Shown here piece after piece: positions 21,218 through 29,298 of a stretch of 64,000 bases of DNA. The position numbers and the translations under genes were made by a program. The stretch spans positions 64,001 through 128,000 of the forward strand of contig CAVSHB010000002.1 in assembly GCA_963727775.1 (NCBI GenBank), written 5' to 3'. This DNA comes from an uncultured Nitrospiraceae bacterium (lineage in GTDB: Bacteria > Nitrospirota > Thermodesulfovibrionia > Thermodesulfovibrionales > SM23-35). The notes beneath the pieces are model-generated. The model saw only the letters and a list, made by a program, of their open reading frames with translations. It was not told where the DNA came from and made no database searches. Within the stretch, counting starts at the first letter, position 1, and every line of letters starts with the position of its first letter.

Positions 21218-22875
21218 CCTTTTGAAAGCCTCCTTCTTGTTATTATGTTGGATAATACATATACGAGGGCCGCAAGGAACAGTGAGATCAGGCTTATCCA
21301 TATATGAGAAAAATTGGACATGCCTACTACGAATACCGAATTCATAACGGGAACGAGAAGGAAAAACAGGAATGTCCACAAAAATAATAAACCGAATAAA
21401 ATATTTCCCGCAAATATCTGTCCTGATCCCGGCAGAATATAAGAAATAATCTTTATGATATTTCTCCTTCTTTTCTGATAATTATACACAGTAAGTATTT
21501 TTGAGATCCTGTCCTTGGCGTCGAGTTCATCAAGCTTTACTAATGACCTGTAACAATTCAAGCACATCTGCCCCCACAGGATATGTTTTTCACACTTACT
21601 GCACAAGATCTCTCCGCACCTGTTGCATCTGTGTGCCCTGCTTTTCAATTGCCTGTCGAGTACATAAAAAAAGACTACCATGAAGATTGCAATCACCGGC
21701 ATGAACAAAGGCGATACTGTTGATAACCCCAATGTAGAGATTCCGGTTGTTCTTCCCTCAATATATTTCCAGAGCGCTGAAAAAGGCAGGCCTTCATCAA
21801 TTACAAACCTGTTCGGGTTTCTACTGAATACTTCCCTGAATCTCGATACTGCATTACTATCCAGCTTTTGAGCTGCGATGAAGTATTCCTCGCCTTTGTC
21901 GAATTTGAGTGTCTCTCTGTATACCTGGCTTATATTGTAGAGCGCAGCAGGAGATGGCTTAAGTTCAATGGATTTCTTGTACAGTTCTTTTGCCTTTTCC
22001 ATGTCATTTAAGGCAACATAGCAATTCGCGAGATTGTTATAGGTTCGGGGATCGGGTCCTCTGGCAATGAGCTTATTGTAAATGTCTATGGCCTCGGAAT
22101 ATCTGCCTTCATGTTTTAAGGCAAGGGCATATGCGAAGAGTTCAACAGGGTCGTTTTTATCTTTTAACAAAGAAAGCGCATAGGTATTGCCTTTTGCTTC
22201 ATTTACCTGAATGACTGCCTTTAATTCTCCTGAAGCAGGCGCGTTAAGGATCAAAGAAACAGGCATAAAGACAACAGGTGATAGAAGAAGAAACAAAAAG
22301 TAAAGATAGACAACCGCCTTGTCCCATTTTTTCATATAGAGGCCGGTTATAATGAGTATGCACCCTAACATATATAGCGGTCCGAATATAGATAGCATAA
22401 GCACAAACAAGAGCATTGCTTTGGTCTTGACTTCCTGTATCTCATGCGAGAATAGAGGGCTATCTTTAAGGAGTCTTAAAATAACCGTGATTAAAATTGC
22501 AAGGATGAACGATAGTATTAAACTCGAAAACAGAGAAGCTGTCACCATAAATGACCACCAGAAATTTCGCTGGTATGCTTCTATCCCCTGCAGTATGTAA
22601 TTAACAGCTTCAAATACGTCTTCGGGCTTAAAGCTGAAACTTGCTTTTGACAATTCAAAATAAGCGGCGGGAAGGTCGGGAGAATATCGCAAGGCCTCTT
22701 GAAGGATGCTTTTAGCTTCAGCGCGGTCCGCCCTTGCCCGCCTAATAAGAAGGTACGAGTATGACTCCGAATTCCTTATGCCCTTATTGAGCTGTTCTTC
22801 ATGTAAAGATGTCCCTGCTGAAAAAGAAGGAATAAGGAAAAGGCATAAGAAGAGCGGTATGATAATTTTTTTCAT
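21208..22875 (-). CDS. Membrane protein with TPR repeats and Cys4 cluster
   Basis: Signal peptide, TM blocks, TPRs (YNNLANCY), CNRCG..CSKC..CLNC. Confidence 0.75.
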   Translation of the reverse strand: MKKIIIPLFLCLFLIPSFSAGTSLHEEQLNKGIRNSESYSYLLIRRARADRAEAKSILQEALRYSPDLPAAYFELSKASFSFKPEDVFEAVNYILQGIEAYQRNFWWSFMVTASLFSSLILSFILAILITVILRLLKDSPLFSHEIQEVKTKAMLLFVLMLSIFGPLYMLGCILIITGLYMKKWDKAVVYLYFLFLLLSPVVFMPVSLILNAPASGELKAVIQVNEAKGNTYALSLLKDKNDPVELFAYALALKHEGRYSEAIDIYNKLIARGPDPRTYNNLANCYVALNDMEKAKELYKKSIELKPSPAALYNISQVYRETLKFDKGEEYFIAAQKLDSNAVSRFREVFSRNPNRFVIDEGLPFSALWKYIEGRTTGISTLGLSTVSPLFMPVIAIFMVVFFYVLDRQLKSRAHRCNRCGEILCSKCEKHILWGQMCLNCYRSLVKLDELDAKDRISKILTVYNYQKRRRNIIKIISYILPGSGQIFAGNILFGLLFLWTFLFFLLVPVMNSVFVVGMSNFSHIWISLISLFLAALVYVLSNIITRRRLSKGWL

Positions 22876-23462
22876 CCCCGCCGGCCTATCTTCCTTTCCG
22901 TCCCATTTATAAGCCTTTGAATATTATCTCTATGCCGCATAAGAATAAAGACGGTAATAAGAACTGCTATTAACATTTTCCCTTTGTCATCAGGATCAAA
23001 AAAATATATGTTTACAGGTAAAAGGCCGAATGAAATAATTGCTCCAAGGGATGAATATTTTGTTAAAACCGCGGCTGCCAGCCATATAATCACTGTTAGT
23101 AGTGCCACGAACGGGGTATAAAAGATAAGGACGCCGATACTTGTGGCAACTCCTTTGCCCCCCTTGAATCCTAAAAAAATGGAAAAATTATGTCCGAGGA
23201 TTGCCGAAATACCGACAAGGCCTTGATAGACCGATCCTGTTTCAAAATGGCTCCCTATTGCGACTGCTGCAGTGCCTTTCAATATATCTCCGAGAAGGGT
23301 CAATACGGCAGGCCATTTCCCGAGTGACCTAAGCACATTCGTCGCTCCGATATTGCCGCTGCCGACTTTCTTGATATCGACTCCCTTTATCCTTGAGATT
23401 ATTATACCAAAGGGGATCGATCCGAGAATAAACGAGAATATAAAGAGCAAGAAAAATTTCAT
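22872..23462 (-). CDS. plsY: Glycerol-3-phosphate acyltransferase
   Basis: GSIPFG, GSGNIGATN, GHNFS..FKGGKGVAT, RHRDNI. Confidence 0.96.
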   Translation of the reverse strand: MKFFLLFIFSFILGSIPFGIIISRIKGVDIKKVGSGNIGATNVLRSLGKWPAVLTLLGDILKGTAAVAIGSHFETGSVYQGLVGISAILGHNFSIFLGFKGGKGVATSIGVLIFYTPFVALLTVIIWLAAAVLTKYSSLGAIISFGLLPVNIYFFDPDDKGKMLIAVLITVFILMRHRDNIQRLINGTERKIGRRG

Positions 23463-24004
23463 TATGATTGTTGTATCTTTTTGCCGAAAGATATTGTATA
23501 CCGGACTCCTGAAATTATGGACATTATGAGTGATATCCAGATAAGAATTACGCCGATATCATAAAGATCAATATCAAAAATACTGTTCTCCAGTATAAGG
23601 CAGAGTATCGCTATTATTTGGAAAGTTGTCTTTATCTTCCCTCCGATTTCAGCAGAGATTACTATGTCCTTTGAGAGGGCGACCACCCTTAGTCCCGTCA
23701 CAAGGAATTCCCGGACAATAATGGTAATAGCTATCCACGCAGGTAGCCTGTCCATGTCTACCAGCACGATTAAGGCCGATATAACCAGGAATTTATCGGC
23801 AATCGGATCGAGAATGATGCCGAATTTAGTTATTTCACCCGAACGCCGCGCAAGATATCCGTCAAGAAAGTCCGTTAAAGATGCAATGCTGAAGACAAAG
23901 GCGCCGAAAACCGGGTGCAAGTTGACAGTGTAAATAAATACGGGGATGAGGACAATCCTGCTCAGCGTGAGAACTGTCGGGAGATTAAGTTTTAGAGTAC
24001 CCAT
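23462..24004 (-). CDS. pgsA: CDP-diacylglycerol--glycerol-3-phosphate 3-phosphatidyltransferase (likely start at 24004)
   Basis: LTLSRI, TDFLDGYLAR...GIILDPIADK, GKIKT. Confidence 0.94.
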   Translation of the reverse strand: MGTLKLNLPTVLTLSRIVLIPVFIYTVNLHPVFGAFVFSIASLTDFLDGYLARRSGEITKFGIILDPIADKFLVISALIVLVDMDRLPAWIAITIIVREFLVTGLRVVALSKDIVISAEIGGKIKTTFQIIAILCLILENSIFDIDLYDIGVILIWISLIMSIISGVRYTISFGKKIQQS

Positions 24005-24527
24005 CGATAATATCCTGCCAAAGCCCCTTTGCCTTAAGTAGAAAATCACATACTTCTCTGCCCGCTCCTCTGCCCCCGCTTTTTTTTGTTACCATTTTTA
24101 CACAATCCTTAATCCCGTCGGCCGCATCTGCAACAGTTACCGGCAACCCGCAATTAGTCAAAACAGGGATATCGACGACATCATCTCCGACATATGCAAT
24201 CTCGTTTTCAGACAGGGAATATTTTTCAGCGAGTTCTCTGTACGCTATCCTCTTGTTATGACATTTTTGAAAGACGTCTTTGATGCCGAGCTCACGAGCT
24301 CTTCTCTCGACAACTATCGAATGTCTTCCTGTAATCAACGCCACCTGAATCCCTGCCTTCATGAGCATTTTTATACCGTGACCGTCCCGGACATGAAAGA
24401 TTTTGTACTCGTTGTCATTATTGTCGAGTATAATACTCCCGTCTGTAAGCACACCATCTACATCAAATATGAGCAGCTTGATTTTTTTGGCTATTTCAAG
24501 AAGTTCTTCCTCGGAGATGTTTTTCAT
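23985..24527 (-). CDS. kdsC: KDO-8-phosphate phosphatase
   Basis: FDVDGVLTDG, DGHG, VGDDVVD, GGRGA.RE. Confidence 0.92.
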   Translation of the reverse strand: MKNISEEELLEIAKKIKLLIFDVDGVLTDGSIILDNNDNEYKIFHVRDGHGIKMLMKAGIQVALITGRHSIVVERRARELGIKDVFQKCHNKRIAYRELAEKYSLSENEIAYVGDDVVDIPVLTNCGLPVTVADAADGIKDCVKMVTKKSGGRGAGREVCDFLLKAKGLWQDIIDGYSKT

Positions 24528-24662
24528 CTTTCAGTTTTTCGGGCAGTGACCTCATTATATATAAAAAAATGATTCTCAAAAAAGTATATCAGAGAAAATG
24601 AGAAAAGTCATGGAGAAACGTCCATGAAACGGGGAGATAAAATTCGGGTTAATTTATTATTA

Positions 24663-25058
24663 TTAAATGATATTTTGCGATTTAATTTTTGCCCTATTAC
24701 AGATCAGCGCGAAGATATCTTCATACTTGGAATCTAATCTTTGAAAACTTAGGCTGTCAATATAATTATATTTTGTAGCAAACTCCAGGCAATTTTGTGT
24801 TTTTGAGGCGGCTTGCGCCGCATCCGATAACTTACCCATAAAGACAGACCTGTCATCTTTCATTTGCCATGCTTCCGCAAGATTAGTGCACACTAACCTG
24901 GAATGTCTGACAACCTGGTCTGTTAAGTAGAATTTCTCTTTCGGAAAACGCTTCGACGCGCTGGATATTTCTTCGAATATTTCAATTGCCGTTTTAAATA
25001 TAAAGTGATATGTCTCGGAATCTAATCTGTCACTCACGATTTTCTCGTCATTTTTCAT
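24663..25058 (-). CDS. Four-helix-bundle protein (23S rRNA IVS-protein-like, divergent)
   Basis: FPKEKFYLTDQVVRHSRLVCTNLAEAW resembles FPxEExYxLTDQIRRSSRSVxANIAE. Confidence 0.75.
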   Translation of the reverse strand: MKNDEKIVSDRLDSETYHFIFKTAIEIFEEISSASKRFPKEKFYLTDQVVRHSRLVCTNLAEAWQMKDDRSVFMGKLSDAAQAASKTQNCLEFATKYNYIDSLSFQRLDSKYEDIFALICNRAKIKSQNII

Positions 25059-25071
25059 CTTTTCCCCCTTG

Positions 25072-25461
25072 CTATATCCATAAAGTTTTTAAGACCATCC
25101 CAAAACTTTTTAATGCATCCTTTATGACATTAGTGGAAACAGGCTTCTCAAAATAAAAAGACGCCCCCAACCTGTAAGCTTTTTTCATTATATCCTGGTT
25201 CCCATAAGCTGTTATCAAGATGATGCGCGTTTCCGGATGACGGTCCTTAACATAACGAATGACCTCCAATCCTTCTTCTCCTGCAAAGCCCGAAAGCCTG
25301 AGGTCCGCGATAACGGCGTCATAAGACTGTTCGTTCAGCAAACCAGCCGCGTCTTCGAAGGTTTCGGCTGTATCCACTTCGACTTCAGGGCATTGGAACA
25401 ATTTTTTAAAGGCAACCAGGATAGTCTTTTCATCGTCTACAACCAATAAATGTTTCGGCAT
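25072..25461 (-). CDS. Single-domain response regulator (start at ATG 25461 after AAGGAG)
   Basis: VVDDE, IADLRL, ITAYG, EKP. Confidence 0.9.
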   Translation of the reverse strand: MPKHLLVVDDEKTILVAFKKLFQCPEVEVDTAETFEDAAGLLNEQSYDAVIADLRLSGFAGEEGLEVIRYVKDRHPETRIILITAYGNQDIMKKAYRLGASFYFEKPVSTNVIKDALKSFGMVLKTLWI

Positions 25462-25518
25462 GTTTCTCCTTTGTACAGTGCAGCAACAATTATTATCAAT
25501 GCCCTCATAAATATTTAT

Positions 25519-25534
25519 TGCAAAATGAATGCCA
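25519..25534 (-). promoter_or_regulatory. sigma54 -24/-12 promoter
   Basis: TGGCATTCATTTTGCA matches TGGCAC-N5-TTGCW with correct spacing; adjacent to an NtrC-family gene. Confidence 0.75.
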
Positions 25535-25591
25535 CGGTAAAAATATGAGAAATGCAAGCAGGACAGCGTTTCAGAATTCGCTGCTTTTTGT

Positions 25592-25645
25592 CATATTCTC
25601 ATTTTCGCAAAAAGCAGTCTCATTTATGAGAATGATGAGAATATG
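25592..25645. promoter_or_regulatory. Candidate enhancer (UAS) for the sigma54 activator
   Basis: 11-bp perfect inverted repeat CATATTCTCAT...ATGAGAATATG enclosing palindrome TCTCAT-TT-ATGAGA, about 60-110 bp upstream of the -24 box. Confidence 0.5.
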
Positions 25646-25714
25646 GAAAATGTCGGAGCGGCTACTTCGGAGCGTATGAATAAGATGAAAGCTATCAAGT
25701 ACTAGTTATAAGAT

Positions 25715-25823
25715 TGCCGACAGCTACAGTATTTGAGCGGTTTTAAATTTTTTCGAAGAAAAAATTTACCTCGGAGGCCGCCGCAGCGGACGAGAATGAG
25801 CGCAAATACTGTAGCTGTCGGCA
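25715..25823. repeat. Palindromic multi-hairpin intergenic element, copy 2
   Basis: Perfect 21-bp terminal inverted repeat TGCCGACAGCTACAGTATTTG; core homologous to 8627-8737. Confidence 0.85.
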
Positions 25824-25851
25824 TCCACAAATTTCATGGATCGAGTGAGAG

Positions 25852-27174
25852 CTAATTGTCTTTACGGAATTTTTTTAGTTTTCGGTATAGGGTCGCCCTG
25901 GAGATGCCTAAGGACTCGGAAGCTTTCAGGGTGTTGCCTCCGAAATGTCTTATGACCGATCTGATATGGGACCCTTCGAAATCTTTTAAATTACCCGTAT
26001 CTTTTTCCGACTCTCCTGTAATACGCAGGGAATCCAGACCCGGAAAATGTTCAGGCAGCAAAGGTTGCCCATGCGCAAGCAGGAGTGCCCTTTCCAGAAC
26101 GTTTCTCAATTCGCGGATATTCCCGGGCCACGGGTAATGTTTTAATACTTGCATTACCTCAGACGATATCATGACATCCGGTGAGCCGAGATTTCTCAGG
26201 GTATAAAGAATAAGCCCGGGTAAGTCTTCCTGTCTCTCCCGTAGAGGAGGGATGTCAATGGGAAGCACGTGGACACGAAAATAAAGATCGCTTCGGAACC
26301 TGCCCTGACGGACTTCTTTGAGGAGATCCCGGTTTGTTGCACAGATCAGCCTGAATTCACTTCTGCGGACCTTTACTTCTCCAAGTCTGCGGTAATGTTT
26401 TTCTTCAATCACCTTGAGAAACTGCGCCTGGACGCCGATGTCCATATCACTGATTTCGTCAAGAAACAGGGTCCCGCCGTCTGCAACCTCGATAAGTCCC
26501 TGCCTGTCCTGTACGGCGGTTGTGAATGCGCCACGCGCATGACCGAAGAGTTCACTGGAGAGCAGATCACCTCTGAGGTTGGAACAATTCACCTCTACAA
26601 ACGGCGCCGTATTGCGCAAGCTGTTTTCATGCAGCCATCCAGCCAAAACCCCTTTCCCGGAGCCGGTTTCGCCTGAAATTAAAACAGGTGAATCGTTTTT
26701 TGCCGCAAGCGAAGCGATCTCGCTAACTTTTTTCATGACAAGACTTTTCCCGAAATAAATCCGGTCTTTTTTCTCAAGCCTCCTGGTAGCGAAGTTCTTC
26801 CGCCGAAGGTCCCCGAGTTCAAGACTCTTTCTTAAAAAAATATCGAGGTCCGTCATGTTGACCGGTTTTGTCAGGAAATTGTCCGCGCCGCGCCGCATAG
26901 CCTCGACAGCTACGGGAATGTCACCGAAACCCGTGACGATAATGATCGGGATATCCGGATAACTTTTCCTGAATTCTATTATCCATTCCAACCCATTTCC
27001 ATCCGGCAGCTTCAGATCGAGCAGGACCGCATCGAAGCGCTGAGACAACAGAGCATCCTGGGCCCCGGACAGGCAAGAAGCTTCCTGGACTGTATAACCC
27101 GCTTTTGAGAGGTATCTCGATAGCCCAAACCTAGTGCCCTCATCGTCTTCGATGAAAAGGATTTTCGGATTCAT
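25852..27174 (-). CDS. sigma54-dependent response regulator (NtrC family)
   Basis: Receiver domain, GETGSGK, ELFGHARGAFTTA, LFLDEI, WPGNIREL, Fis-type HTH. Confidence 0.95.
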   Translation of the reverse strand: MNPKILFIEDDEGTRFGLSRYLSKAGYTVQEASCLSGAQDALLSQRFDAVLLDLKLPDGNGLEWIIEFRKSYPDIPIIIVTGFGDIPVAVEAMRRGADNFLTKPVNMTDLDIFLRKSLELGDLRRKNFATRRLEKKDRIYFGKSLVMKKVSEIASLAAKNDSPVLISGETGSGKGVLAGWLHENSLRNTAPFVEVNCSNLRGDLLSSELFGHARGAFTTAVQDRQGLIEVADGGTLFLDEISDMDIGVQAQFLKVIEEKHYRRLGEVKVRRSEFRLICATNRDLLKEVRQGRFRSDLYFRVHVLPIDIPPLRERQEDLPGLILYTLRNLGSPDVMISSEVMQVLKHYPWPGNIRELRNVLERALLLAHGQPLLPEHFPGLDSLRITGESEKDTGNLKDFEGSHIRSVIRHFGGNTLKASESLGISRATLYRKLKKFRKDN

Positions 27175-29177
27175 TATAGCTCAGCTCCTTCAATAACAGG
27201 CAGACTGATTTCCACCGTGCATCCGGGCGGCGGATCATTGTTCTTTATAGTTATATTACCACCATGGGCCAGAATGGTATTTTTTGCCAGGCTTAAACCT
27301 AACCCATTCCCACGCTTGCGTGTCGTAAAAAAAGGTTCAAATACCTTCTGATAATTTTCAGGCGGCACCCCTGCGCCATGGTCAACCACATAAATCCGCG
27401 CGGTCATTCCCTTGGGGTTAGCGACAATAAACTGTATATCACTCCCATCAGGACTGTGTTGCGCCGCGTTTTCCAGCAGGTTGAAAAAGACTTGCTGGAG
27501 TCTTGAGCTGTCCGCCATCACATTAAAGTTACTGTTCGCGGAAGGAAGAATTAACCGCACCCTATGGGTTTTTGACAAGGTTGTCTGTTTCCATAAATCC
27601 ATAGTTGTTGCACAGAGCAAAGGCAATGACTCCTGATGCAAGCTGGACGGCTGAAGGGGTTTGCCCAGATCCAATAAATCTCCCATCAACCGGGCCAACC
27701 GGTCCACCTGGGTCCGGATATGATCGAGAAAGGGCTGGTATTCAGGGTTGTCCCCGATGTCCTGGAAGAGGGCCTCGGTAATTGCCAGGATGGCGTACAA
27801 AGGGTTCCTTACCTCGTGGGCAACCCCCGCAGCCATCTGGCCGAGGATCTTCATCCTGTCCAAATGCCGCAATTGCTTTTCCATTACGTTTCGCTCAAAC
27901 TCATAAGCTACGTACCGCGCGAAGATTTCTATGAGGCGGACCTCGTCTTCGCTGAATATGTTTTCCTCATAATCCATGGCGCAGACAAAGCCTACTACTT
28001 TGCCGCTGACAATTTTTATCGGGACCCCGATATGCGTTTTGAAATCATGATCATGAAAGAATTTATTTTCAGGGAAAAGCTGCCTGAGCGGACCTTTAAT
28101 CTGGAAAGGCTCTTTTTTCTCACATATGATTGCACAGGGGGAGTGCTCCGTCGAGATTGTTTCGTTATGGATAAATATTCCGTCGGTTATCCTCGATATA
28201 ATCTTGATCCGGTCTTCTTCAATGTGCTGAACTGCAACATATGAAATTCTGAGAAGGGCGGCAAGATTGAAAACCACCTGGTCGCAGACCGCTTCGTATG
28301 AGCCGCGCAGTGTCGTGGCAATATTGTAAACCGACTGTAACACTTCGAGACTTTGGACCAATCTTTCTTCGGCCCGCTTGCGCTTGGTGATGTCTTTTTG
28401 TGAAACGACAATGTTAATAATCTCCCCTTGTTCATTGCAGACAACGGAAGTCGTGCAATCGGTATTGATTATCGAGCCGTCTTTGCAGACTATATCTACC
28501 TCCTGGCGGTGGGACCTTTGCTTTAAGCGCACAGGAAAGTGCTCATTATAAATTTCTTTTGACAAAGGGCTGAAGAACCTCGCTATATTTGAACCGACTA
28601 ATTCATCTTCCGTATAACCCAATCCATCTGAGACGGCCGGATTAACCTGGGTAATTATTCCATTTTCATCCAATACATATATAAAGTCGTTCACTGCGTT
28701 AAAGAAGGAGCGCAGTCTCTCTTTACTCTCAAAGAGCGCTTCTTCCGCGAGTTTGCGGTCCATTATGTCTTCGATAACACCGTCAATCCATTTGATCCGT
28801 CCGTTTTTATCATATTGAACTCTTGCGGTAACAGAGCCCCACATGAAAGTGCCGTCTTTTTTCCGGAGTTTCAATTCTTCATTTTTTACGAAACCCTGTT
28901 CCTGAATTTTTTCTATAAAACGTCTCCTGTCTTCCGGGTCCTGGTAAAGCTCGGATATGCGAAGTTTCAAGAACTCTTCAACGGAATCATAACCGAACAT
29001 CCTTGCCATGGCCGGGTTTGCCTGGAGGAGCCGGCCATGAGCTCCACCTGTATTCCTGTAAATCCCGGTATTTATGTTCTCAACCAGAGAGCGGTATTTC
29101 TCTTCTGAACCGGAGAATGTTGCCTGATCTTTCGGGGGGCGGCCTGTAATTTTGCTTTTTGTTTTTTTCATCAGCAA
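27174..29177 (-). CDS. PAS-PAS-GAF sensor histidine kinase
   Basis: Two PAS/PAC domains, GAF, AHEVRNPL H-box, NLLENA, DHGAG, GNGLGL. Confidence 0.93.
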   Translation of the reverse strand: MLMKKTKSKITGRPPKDQATFSGSEEKYRSLVENINTGIYRNTGGAHGRLLQANPAMARMFGYDSVEEFLKLRISELYQDPEDRRRFIEKIQEQGFVKNEELKLRKKDGTFMWGSVTARVQYDKNGRIKWIDGVIEDIMDRKLAEEALFESKERLRSFFNAVNDFIYVLDENGIITQVNPAVSDGLGYTEDELVGSNIARFFSPLSKEIYNEHFPVRLKQRSHRQEVDIVCKDGSIINTDCTTSVVCNEQGEIINIVVSQKDITKRKRAEERLVQSLEVLQSVYNIATTLRGSYEAVCDQVVFNLAALLRISYVAVQHIEEDRIKIISRITDGIFIHNETISTEHSPCAIICEKKEPFQIKGPLRQLFPENKFFHDHDFKTHIGVPIKIVSGKVVGFVCAMDYEENIFSEDEVRLIEIFARYVAYEFERNVMEKQLRHLDRMKILGQMAAGVAHEVRNPLYAILAITEALFQDIGDNPEYQPFLDHIRTQVDRLARLMGDLLDLGKPLQPSSLHQESLPLLCATTMDLWKQTTLSKTHRVRLILPSANSNFNVMADSSRLQQVFFNLLENAAQHSPDGSDIQFIVANPKGMTARIYVVDHGAGVPPENYQKVFEPFFTTRKRGNGLGLSLAKNTILAHGGNITIKNNDPPPGCTVEISLPVIEGAEL

Positions 29178-29298
29178 TTTTAAAGCTGGTGTTGGAACTG
29201 CAGCCTATAGTTAAATTTTATCAGAATGCTGCTCAGCATCTCAATAAAATGCGGACCGCATAGTGATATAATTATTCTAAACGCAAAAGGAGTGAAAT

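Noticed and set aside
21218..21379. N-terminal extensions in the ORF track (also 19284-19367, 24005-24049, 25462-25557, 56751-56788)
   Set aside because: They overlap neighbouring genes, promoters or IS ends; domain starts and RBS positions point to later starts.
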